Source: Takakia lepidozioides
Lineage: Eukaryota > Plantae > Bryophyta
Reading direction: 5' to 3'
Assembly: GCA_030704615.1 (NCBI GenBank)
Contig: CM060731.1
Span: 89,652,001 to 89,716,000, forward strand
DNA length: 64,000 nt
Shown: positions 12,418 to 23,001 of the stretch, piece by piece
Numbering within the stretch: the first letter of the stretch is position 1
Layout: every line of letters begins with the position of its first letter
Made by a program: the position numbers and the translations under genes
Notes under the pieces: model-generated
Database searches by the model: none
What the model was told of the DNA's origin: nothing
The model's input: only the letters and a program-made list of their open reading frames with translations

Positions 12418-15400
12418 TGTTGGAGTGTTTGTTCACTTCAGTGTAACTGATGCTCCATGAATAGCAAGTAAGATATTTTAAGATACTTTTGCTATTCATG
12501 TCATGACAGACAGAGAAAAGGCAGAGGAATGCAGATAGGAATAGCACTAGGACTTCAAATAGAAATATCTAAAGTAACTGAGGTTTGTGTATTTAACTAG
12601 GCACTTCAGGCCATTGAATAAATCTCAATCTCTCTCGAAAGAGCGTGTCTCTCCAGTATGAAGTTGAAACCTATCTTTGTCTCTGTTTCATTGTTAGCAT
12701 GATTGTATGATAGAGTACTCATCGTCTTTCCTCCTGTGAAAATCCTAAAAAGAATTGTCACCATGACTTACATGGTGCAACCACCAGCTCTAGGAAGAAT
12801 TCATGACAACAGGTTATGGGCCCACAGGGTTCAGATGAGTTAGTGTCAAAGCTCCTACAGATATCACTCCCAAAATTTGGTGGTGAGAAGTTCCATCTAT
12901 GGAAGTTCAAGATGTTTGTAGAAAGAGAGGAAGCTATGGAACATAGTGAAGGGCATTGAGCATAGACCTTCAGAAAATGATACTGCAAATAGGTTGCAGT
13001 ATGATGAGAGGGATCAGAGGGCACAGACTCTAGTTATTCTAAGTTTACAAGACTTTGAATTGATGCATGTGCGTACAGCTACAGCTGCTAAAGAGACATG
13101 AGATAAGTCGGAGACTAAATATGAGCAGAAGACATTAGCAAACCAACTATACCTTCTAAGACAGCTGATAAATATATAGATGCAGTCAGAAGACACCATG
13201 ACAAGTCACATCAACAAGCTTAAAGAATTGTCACTACAGCTAAATGCAGTGGGAGAGTTAGTGAGTGATGGCATGTTAGTAAGGATTTTGTTATTAAGCT
13301 TGCCAGAGAACTATCACAACCTCATTACTGCTCTAGAGACTAGGACAGATGCTCTAACGTTGGAATTTGTAAGTGGGAGGTTGCTGCATGAGGAGTAACT
13401 GGAGATGAAGATGAAAGGAGTAGGGACATCTTGTGATGAAAAAACCTTTTATGTACAAAAGTTGAAGAGAAAACCCAAACAAGAGGGATAGAAACAGCAA
13501 CAACCGTAGAAAAAGTTCAAGCGGAGAGGCAACTGTAACAATTGCCATGATGAGCGCGGCCACTGGGCACGAGAATACCCGCATCCAAAGAGGTTCACAG
13601 AGAATGGGCAAGCACATACAATTGAGAATGTCTTTGTTGTAGGTCCAGAAGCTTCGAAATCAGGGAGTTGGTATGTTGACTCTGATGCATCACAACATAT
13701 GTCTTTCAAAAAGAATTATTCTCATTTTCTCAATTAGTAAGGCTACAGCCAATAACTTATCTGTTGAGTTCAGTAGCCGAAATTGTCGGATCAAAGATGA
13801 TTCTGGAAAGATCATAGCAGAAGTTGTGAGGGATGGTAGACTGTACATATTGTTTTGTAGCTCAGAGATGGCAGACGAATATGCTCATTTTGGAAGTGAT
13901 CAAAAGCAAGATGTGTCACTTTGGCATAGAAGAATCGGACATCTTAGTGTTTCAGGGCTTCAGCAAATGCAAAAATTTGATCTAGTGGATGGAATGGACG
14001 TTAGGCCATGTGAAGCTAATCTACAGGATTGCAAAGCTTGCTTGATTGGCAAGCAGAAGAGACTTCCTTTTGCAAGTGGTGAAGCAGACAGAGCTTCTAA
14101 GCCCTTGGAGTTAGTGCACTCCGATATATGTGGACCCATGAAGAACAGCTCTTTGGGAGGCTGTAAGTATTTTGTCACATTCATTGATGACTGCACTAGG
14201 AAGTGGGTATAGTGCTACTTTCTAAAGCAAAAAATGAGGTGCTAAATAAGTTCAAGGAGTTCAAGGTGGGAGTAGAAACCTCAAGTGAGTGCAAGCTCAA
14301 GCAACTCAGAAGTGATAACGGAGGAGAATACATTTCTGGTATTTTTCATGAGTACTGTAAGCAATAGGGAATTCATCGGCAGTTCACTACACCATATACC
14401 CCTCAACAAAATGGGGTTGCTGAGAGGATGAATAGAACTCTGATTGAAAGTGCTAGATGTATGCTACATCATGAGGGTCTTCGATATATGTTTTGGGCAG
14501 AAGCAGTTGCGACAGCTATTTACATCAGGAATAGATGCCCACCAAGGCTGTGATAGGGGCAACACCAAAGGAGGCATGGTCTAGAAGAAAACCATCAGTT
14601 AAGCATCTGCGAGTCTTTGGAAGTGTAGCTTACGTGCACAAGCCTAAAGAAACTAGGTCCAAGCTTGAGCGGAAAAGTACAAGATGTATTTTTGTTGGGT
14701 ACTCAGGGGATGGCAACACACTACAAATTATAGGATCCAAATAAGAGAAAGATGGTGACCAGCCGGGATGTAGTGGTATTGGAGAAAGCTACAGAAGTAC
14801 CAGAGACTGATGAACAGATTCCATAAACAAGCTTTGAGGAGGAGCTGTCACTAAAGATTTGGAATCCTTTGGAAGCACAAGAGCCAGTGGGAGAAGTGGA
14901 GCAACGGGCAACTGAAGTGGAGCCCTTATCATCCATTCAACCTATAGTGGCAGAGTTGTAGCCAAGAAGAGGTGAACGAATTAGAAAACCCACAAAGATC
15001 TTTGGAAGCTTTGTTGAGGATGAATCGGCCAACATTTTGGAAATGGAAGAGCCGAAGAATGTTAAGGAAGCAAGAATGGGAGACCAAGCCAAAGAGTGGA
15101 AAGCATCTATGAGGGAGGAGCTGAAGTCCCTGAATGAGAACAAGACTTGGAGATTGGCTACCTTACCACCTGGAAGACAAGCCATTGGTTGTAAGTGGGT
15201 CTTCCGCATCAAGCGAAATGCTGGAAGAGAAGTGGATAGGTACAAAGCCAGATTAGTGGCTAAGGGGTATGCTCAACACAAGGCATTGATTTTAATGAAA
15301 CGTTTAATGCTCATGTGACTAAGTTTGTCTCCATTCGCACGCTGTTGGCTCTTGGAGCAATCCATGACTTGGAAATACATCAAATGGACGTAAAGACTGC

Positions 15401-16287
15401 ATTTCTCAATGGTGAGCTCGAAGAAGAGATTTACATGCAACTTCCATAGGGGTTGCAAGTGAAGGAGAATGAGCAAACACTAATTTGCATGCATCTCAAG
15501 AATCTCTACGGGTTGAAGCAGGCACCAAGAGCTTGGTACTAGAGGTTTGATAATTTCCTCGCAAAACATGGATTCCTACAATGTGATTATGATCATATCG
15601 TCTATGTTCTAGGAAATGGAGAGAGCATTTTGATCTTGGCAGTATATGTGGATGACCTAATCTTGCTTTGCAAATCACTGAAATCAAGAAGATCTTGTCT
15701 TCAGAGTTTCAAATGACAGACCTTGGGGAAACAAAGTACCTATTAGGCATTCAGATCATAAGGGAGAGAGTGCAAAGAACCATTTCACTCAGTGACTCAG
15801 GCTCATTATATCAGCCAGATCCTTAAGAGGTTCACTATGGAGGATTGCATTAACCCAATCTCTACTCCATTGGAAGTTGGAAAAATGTTATCCAAATAAC
15901 ATATGAGCCGTAGACAAGGAGGAGCAGGATGAGTTGACTGAGGTTCCCTATTGTCAAGCTGTCGGCAGTCTGATGTATGCTATGACAGGCACTAGACCAA
16001 ATATAGCAGTTGCAATTGGAATGGCTAGTCAGTTTATGGCAAATCCGGGGATTGCTCACTGGAAAGCAGTCAAGTGAATCTTCAGGTATTTGAAAGGGAC
16101 TCAACAGATGGTTCTTCAGTTTAAGGCTGGAGCAAATGATGCTTTGGAAAGCAGTTGTGATTCAGATTGGGGTGGGGACTTGGATAGCAGGAAGTCCACC
16201 ACAGGTTATGCCTTTACTTTGGGTAGTGGCACAATCAGCTGGAATAGTACAAAGCAACCTACAGTTGTTGTGTCTACTACAGAGGTG
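12418..16287 (+). mobile_element. Decayed Ty1/copia LTR retrotransposon: 5' LTR ~12418-12811, PBS, gag-PR-IN-RT-RNaseH, truncated within RNase H, no 3' LTR
   Basis: TG...CA LTR then GGTTATGGGCCCA; gag (FHLWKFKM; LLSLPENYHNLITALE), zinc knuckle CNNCH..GHWARE, PR WYVDSDASQHM, pre-[77 protein letters not shown]...KQPTVVVSTTE; many stops and frameshifts. Confidence 0.95.
12812..12824 (+). promoter_or_regulatory. Copia primer-binding site of the half-tRNA(iMet) type
   Basis: GGTTATGGGCCCA immediately follows the LTR-terminal ...AACA. Confidence 0.8.
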
Positions 16288-17125
16288 AAAAAAAAAACCA
16301 GATGGTCATCATGAATGCTTATTTAGGGAATAAATTAGGGATTGTTTGTGAAGAAGAGGTGAAAAAAAAACTTGAGCTCTACCATTATCAATCTTCTTCA
16401 GGTTTCTGTTATAGAAGAAGAGGTGAAAAAAAACCAGATGGTCATCATGAATGCTTATTTAGGGTTTGTTTGTGAAGAAGAGGTGAAAAAAATTGAGCTC
16501 TATCATTGTCAATCTTGTTCAGGTTTCTCTTGTTGAAAAAGAGGTGAAAAAAAAATCAGATGGTCATCATGAATAAATTAGGGATTGTTTGTGAAGAAGA
16601 GGTGAAAAAAAAACTTGAGCTCTATCATTGTCAAACTTCTTCAGGTTTCTGCTATTGAGGAAGAGGTGAAAAAAAACCAGATGGTCAACATGAATGCTTA
16701 TTTAGGGTTTGTTTGTGAAGAAGAGGTGAAAAAAATTGAGCTCTATCATTGTTAATCTTGTTCAGGTTTCTGTTGATGACAAAGAGGTGAATAAAAAATC
16801 AGATGTCATCATGAATAAATTAGGGTTTGTTTGTGAAGAAGAGGTGAAAAAAAAACTTGAGCTCTATCATTGTCAAACTTCTTCAGGTTTCTGTTATTGA
16901 AGAAGAGGTGAAAAAAAAATCATATGGTCATCATGAATGCTTATTTAGGGTTTGTTTGTATAGAGGACGTGGAAAACAAATGAGTTGTCATTGTGAAACT
17001 TGTTCAGGTGCCTGTTATTCAAGAAGAAGTGGAAAAAAAAACAGATGGTCATCATGAAGCTCATTTACGCAATGCTTCTGTAGAGGCTGTGAAAAAATAA
17101 AATGAGCTTTCATACTGACACTTGT
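16282..17125. repeat. Tandem array of ~14 ~60-bp monomers (alternating A/B) with a ~243-bp higher-order period
   Basis: GAGGTGAAAA core at 16282, 16356, 16420, 16480, 16541, 16599, 16663, 16723, 16784, 16841 and 16905, then degenerate copies; the following segments alternate between cagatggtcatcatgaat... and ttgagctctatcattg... Confidence 0.95.
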
Positions 17126-17464
17126 CCATGTTTGGCAGGCCCTCGAACAAAAAAAATATTTATTTATTTATTTGTTTTATTTTATTTTTGGCCCGGGGCA
17201 ATATTGGGGGTGGGGGCAGAAGTGGTGTGCGTTGACGCACTCAATTTTAGAGGCTCGTTAACCAAACCCGATGAAAAAATAAACTACCTTTCATAACGAG
17301 ACATCGCCTGCTTGTCCAGATTTAAGAACTGTGTATACATGTTCTACAAACAAGGCAGCCCTTTCCGACATTGCGAAAAATCGCAACATATGCAACACTA
17401 CTCGATATTGCCAATGTCTCGCTACAAAAATGTCCGTACCTCACCGGGACCTAGTGTCGTCTAG

Positions 17465-17920
17465 TGAATGATTTGGTCTCTTTTGGATCACAATACATCC
17501 TGCACAAAAAGATGTAGTAAAGATGCTTGCAGGGAACCCTTTTCCCTCTCTTTCCTAGAGCTTCCGCACGCATGCACACGAAGTCGGGAGAGGTACACCC
17601 CGAAAACACCGTCACCTGATAGGCCCTGTCGTGCAAAACAGACCCAGATGTGACCAAAGTATAAACCCGTCCATACCCAGGTGAAGGTACTTCCATAGTT
17701 CCTGTTACCTGAGCCTGAAGTAGTCTGGCCGATTCCACCTTCGCATCGTGATCAGGCCCCGAAGCCACCCGATGCACTGTTTTGTCATTCCTTCTCGTGG
17801 GATGCGAAGTATTGTCTGGAGGAGGCACCATAGCAGCAAGGCCACCAAGAGTCGACGCCACAGATCGGTGCAGACAAAAGCCGACGTCCTCCAACTTGCC
17901 AATCTTCAGTTCGTCAATGA
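17465..17920 (-). mobile_element. SWIM zinc-finger coding fragment, probably transposon-derived (Mutator-like or related)
   Basis: AYQVTVFSGCTSPDFVCM...GKRVPCKHLYYIFL corresponds to CxC-x(n)-CxH SWIM with the second Cys mutated; surrounded by TE remnants. Confidence 0.6.
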
Positions 17921-18374
17921 TGATGAAAAAATTGAGTGTGTTGACGCACTCAGTTCTCGGGGGGGGCACCAAAACCCGGGGTGAAAATCCGGACCCGCAC
18001 CTGTCGTCGATGATCATCCTGAAATCATGATCATGAAGAAATTGAGTGCGTTGAGGCATGTAGCGGTGGATCATAGGAACATGATGCCCACATTAGCTGC
18101 ATTCTCAGGGGTGGTGGCTTGGGGTGGTGAGCTCTTGGAGGGAAATAGTCATGCTAATGATAGGGCACCACCTGATGAGGACAAGCAATTGGCATACTAG
18201 GCTGAGTTGCTTCCTCATGTGCATGCTCATAGCCCACTGTGGGGTACAGTTGGGAATCTACATCGGATGGCACATCAGTGTGTGCAGCGGGCTTGGCAGG
18301 AGGCATTCCCATTGATGGGTGAGGGGAGTTCAGTGACATCACCTGGACCTCCTCAGTTAGCTCCTTAGGACACA

Positions 18375-19393
18375 GTGCCCATTACCTGGCAATCACCTGA
18401 CGCAGGGATTTGTTTGCTAGACCTGTTTGGAGGCATGAGCATTGGGCTTGCAGGAGTGTTGCAGGCAGGGATTAAAGTACAAAAGTACTTGTATATGGAA
18501 AAGGATGAGATAGCTCGGCGTATTTCTATCACATTTCTATGCGCCACATTGTCTTGCTCACACACCAGTATCCTGAGTTGTTGCCTATCTCGGCAATTCA
18601 AGGGTACCAAAAAGCCTTGCCAACAGACATTACTTTGCTAGGGGCGGATGATTTGGACCGGCATGGTGCCATTGGCTTGGTGATAGCCGGATGGCCTTGC
18701 CAAGGACACTCTCCCGCAGGTCATGGGAATGGCTTGCATGATGCAAGGTCGCATTTTTTTTGGGAGATGTTACGAGTGTTGCGTGATTTGCAGACGAGAC
18801 AAGTACAACCTCCAGCCTACATCTTGGAGAATGTTCTTCTTATGGGGGACTCTCGGGCCAGGGTTATGGCCAATGTGCATCAGGTGCGGTCTTGGATTGG
18901 ATCGGCGGTGGTATTGGATGCAGCTACAGTGGGGTCACGGGCACATGGGCCTAGGTTGTGGTGGATCAATCTTGCACCACCAGAGTTGCTCAAGAGAGTC
19001 TATGATTCCATTCAACGGCCACCAAACCTCACGGTTGAGGGCATTTTGGACCAAGGGAGGCAAGCACAAAGAGTGTGTCATGATGACCATCCACCTTTGA
19101 CGATGGTCAATTGAGTGGGGCAGCCACATGCGGCCTTGCCTACACTCATGAGCTTTCCATCATCTCATGCTTTTCGAGACAATGGTCCAGGGTTGATTTG
19201 GGACAGTGTGCTACAGCAATTGGTGGAGCCCAGTGCGGGTGAGCAAGAGCGGGCAATGGGGTTTGCCACATGCACTACAGTTGTGCGATCTTTGTCAGAG
19301 GCATCACGCCGATATGTGTTGGGTCAAGCAATGAATCTAGATTGCTTGACATGGGTCATTAGCTTGTGCATGGCTAAGCAACGGAGGTTGTAG
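18375..19393 (+). pseudogene. C5 cytosine DNA methyltransferase domain (DNMT3/DRM-like catalytic fold) within the retroelement; one frameshift and one internal stop
   Basis: Motif I LLDLFGG, motif II YLYMEKDEIAR, motif IV VIAGWPCQGHS.AG, motif V GLHDARS.FF, motif VI YILENV, motif VIII SRAHGPRLWWINL, motif IX EQERAMGF and motif X RRYVLGQAMNL, all in canonical order. Confidence 0.9.
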
Positions 19394-20309
19394 ACAGTGG
19401 TGGCTACTTCTGCACTCCCATTGGGTATTGCATGGTTGAGGCAGTGAGTGGGGGCGAGCACATGATCATGGGGTGCAAACACCCATGACAGATGTGGGAT
19501 GAGATGCGGAAAGAGAGAGTCATTGGATCTCTCAAGCAGCAGTATGAGGAGTGGGGAGAGCCATACACGGAGGATTAGTTGGAGGCCAAGGTGGCCAAGG
19601 CTCTTGAAGAGGTTGAGGATGTTTCTTTTGCGGATGATGTTCTCAAGGTGGCTATGGCGGAGCAAGTGGAGGCTACGCCACAGTCAGGGTGGGCAGATAA
19701 GGCCTAAGAGGTTGCTATCTAGCAACCAAAGGATGCGTCTCCTATCTCCAAACCTGGTGTACCCAAGGACGTTGCAGTCACTGAGGACAATTGGGAACCA
19801 GATGTTGGACCTACGGTCACCGGAGGAGAGAGACTGAGGATCCAGTGATTTCTAAGGGCTTACAGAAATTGCTTTGCCTTCGGTTTGAAGGATTTGGGGA
19901 GTTTGAAGGGCCAGAAGATGCGTATTGTGATACGCCAATTTTTCGAAGGTCATACATGTATAGTGACATGGAGAGGTCTTTGATCCAATCAAAGCTAGAT
20001 TGACGGAGTTGTCAGGCGGGGAGTATGCCTCGGCAACGGTGATGCCAGCTAAGAAGGATATCTATGGCAATTGGACAGAAAGAAAGATGTACGGGGACTA
20101 TGTGTACCTGCAGCAGACAACACCAACGACCTTGGATGTCACAGCAGGGCGTGTGATTCTAAGGGTCAGGGAGGTGTTGCATTCAGCCTTCAGGAGTGTT
20201 GATTCTGGAGGGTCGGGATGGCATGGTATGGAAGGACCATGTGCGCAATTGTGTGTCATGTCACCTTCCCCATGTGGATGGGAAGATAGATCCCAACCTT
20301 GCAATGGTA

Positions 20310-20450
20310 CCTGCTATGTGGGCATGCTGGTGGTACCGCGACCATGTTGGTGTGTGACAAATGCTGAAGGGAGTGGCACATCGGATGCTTGACACCGCCA
20401 CTTGAGGAGGTTCCTAGTGGAGAATGGTTGTGTCCACGATGCCTTTGACA
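20310..20450 (+). pseudogene. PHD-finger remnant at the C-terminus of the retroelement polyprotein
   Basis: [34 protein letters not shown] is the second half of a Cys4-His-Cys3 PHD; the first Cys pair is degraded. Confidence 0.85.
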
Positions 20451-22508
20451 TAGGTAGTGGGCATGACAATGATGGAGTTGAGAAGTGATCCAAGGTCTAG
20501 CTGGTGTGAGCTCAACGCCATGGATACTCAATTGAAGATCATGGTTGCAGACAAACGACTAACGATGGGGCTCTCTTTGCACCCGGCCTCTTGATCCATA
20601 GCCTTTAGAAAATTGGGACATGTACGTTGAAGACCAAATGATGATCTTATTGGGATGGATATTTGTCAATTATCCGGTGTTAGATGGACCTAATCACCAG
20701 CTAGGGGGGCGATTGTGGCATAACTTTCTAGGATTGTGTGCGTAGAATGTGTGGTGGACAACGACATCTGTATGTTGTGGCACGATGCTTAAGTGCACGA
20801 CAAATTGAAATCTAAGCCAAGTGCAATCTCCTATGTATCCAAGTGCTTCTCCCATGAAGAGGCCCAAGTGCGACCTCCAGTGTCCAATGTCATCTAAGTC
20901 CAAGTGCAATCCCCTATGCATCCTGAGACCCTGCAGTTTGGTAGATTTCCACATCATTGTTCCAGCAAAGCCCACCTTGCTATTTTTGCAATCTCCCTTG
21001 TCAAGGCTTAATATATTGATATATCCACTTTGCAATTTTTTGAGAACTTCCAGCGACCAAAAGTACTTGAAATTCCAAATCTCCCACGTGAAGGGCCAAT
21101 CACTGCTCCAGGAAAGCCCACTTTGCTAATTTTCCCGAATTTTTAGTGACCAAAAGTACTTGAAATTCCATATCTCCCACACCGCAGGTCCAAAAGATGG
21201 TGCCCCACCATAATATCAGTTAGGGCGTCCTTCCATGTGGGAGGAGCCCGACCCGAAAAAAAATGAGTTCGCCGGGTGTTAAAAACAAATGGCCGGGTTC
21301 CCTCGAGCATTTCCACTGTCATGTGGGGCTCGGCGGCTGAGTAATCGTTTTGGACTTTAGCGTGACGTGATAGAGGGTACTCCAGCTAAGCGTGACTTTA
21401 GCACGACGTGGCAGGTAAATAGAGACTGCTTTCAATTCACGGGGTCGTCCGCCGAGCTCTCTTCCCATTTTATCAGGCTGTGCTACTAACACGGGAACTC
21501 GGCGACCAGGCCCCGCCGCCCCATGCATGGAAGTGAGAAGTGTACCCGGCCATTTTTGTCACTTTTCTCTCTTAAACGGTGGGCCGGGTACATGGAAGGC
21601 TGCTCTTAGTGCCTTGTTTGTATGGCGATTCTCAGCCACATAGAGCACTATTTCCACGCAAGCCTTGTGCGTCCTATGAAAGTAGCCCCTGCCAAGTGAC
21701 ATATGAGACCTTGAACGCTCCGAGTTTGATTTCAACCAAAACTAATCTATGTATATGGCATATTTAGTATTTTTTGGGGGACGCGGGCTTTTGGCTGCAG
21801 GGTAGGTGCCCTAAAACTAGAGTATGCAAATAAAAATAAAAATGATGTGCACTCCGCGACGATGAAGCGCTTCGCGTCGATGAAGCTCGTTCCAGGCAGA
21901 GCGTCTACTCCACGACAGTCCACTCCCCCATACTCCACGCTCCTTGAATGTCATGGTCAAGGAGATGGCAAGCCAACATGGCAAAGACGTGTGCACCTGT
22001 TAGCTTAAAGAACCTGTTTCAGGCCCATTAGCTTTTACACCAAACTACTCTATCTCAGTTAGTGAGATGCACTAACTATTGGGAGTGCTAGTTAGTATAA
22101 CTTTAAGTGGGGCACCTAAACCCAATAGTTAGCTTAAATGACACTAAGGGCCCTTATTATTAGCTGATCTACACACTTGACGCTTTGGGCATGACCGGAG
22201 CCGGTTGGGCTTTGAAGATTTTGTTGAAAACCAAATGCGTCGTGTCCAGATCTCACCACCAAGTTAGAATATTTCATGTCTACCGAATTCAACTTTGTTC
22301 TTTATAAAAGTTCAAATCCGTGGATTTCAACGCCTTCTAGGAAGGTTTCCCTGCTTCTGATTTGTCTTTAATTATCCTTCTTAATTTCGCCGATGGTTCA
22401 ATATGGACCACTTGCCCTGTTTGGGCCACGCTTAGAGCCCACCTCTTGTGGAATATTTGGAAAGCCAGATGCGCTTTCATTTTCTCTGGTAAGCCTGTTT
22501 GTGTCAAC

Positions 22509-23001
22509 CGGTGTTGGGCGGATATAGAGTGATCCGGATATCAATTGGTATCCGGATCCGGATCCGGCAGCTATTTCATATCCGGCTATTATTTATATCC
22601 GGCGGATACATAAAACAGAGGATCCGGATAGGATCCTACCCGCCGGATATAAAAAGGATTAATAACCGGATTGTATCAGGATATGTAGCAAAAATACCGG
22701 ATCTCAACCGGATATAAGAAATATTAATAAAAAGTAAAATAATAATAAGACAATAATATTTTATTAGAATTGTAATGATTTAAATTGATTAAATGAAAAA
22801 TTAAAAGATATTATTTTTATGATTCACACATCCGGATTACTCTATAACTGCCGGATATTATAATATGAATATCTGGACTTATTTATATCCGACAGATTTT
22901 AAAAAACCAGATTATTCTAATATCCGGATCCGTAGGATATATCATTCTTTAATTTGTCAAGTATCCAGACCTGGCGGATATTTAAGAACTGCCCAACACT
23001 G
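22509..23001. mobile_element. hAT-type MITE
   Basis: TIRs cggtgttgggc / gcccaacactg; 8-bp TSD gtgtcaac (22501-22508) vs gtgttaac (23002-23009); interior packed with ATCCGG/CCGGAT subterminal motifs. Confidence 0.9.

Larger units (their letters stand above)
18055..20790 (+). mobile_element. Decayed Ty3/gypsy-type LTR retroelement: C5 DNA methyltransferase - acidic linker - RT N-terminus - (deletion) - post-integrase region - PHD finger - PPT - 3' LTR start
   Basis: Collinear plus-strand order MTase, YRNCFAFGLKDLG...TPIFRRSY, ELSGGEYASATVMPAKKDIYGNWTERKMYGDY (RT start), VYLQQTTPTTLDV, PHD; purine tract aggggggcga at 20703-20712 followed by TGTGG at 20714. Confidence 0.8.

Noticed and set aside
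16273-16281. TCTACTAC as a Helitron 5' end
   Set aside because: It is the conserved STT codons of the copia RNase H and is not preceded by A.
16282-17125. CRISPR-like appearance (constant ~20-bp head every ~60 bp)
   Set aside because: The intervening segments are not unique but alternate between two related types; there are no cas genes and the context is eukaryotic. It is a tandem repeat.
18375-19393. Bacterial restriction-modification MTase or host DRM/DNMT3 gene
   Set aside because: There is no partner endonuclease, intron or host N-terminal domain, and the motif order is unpermuted and collinear with retroelement pol sequence.
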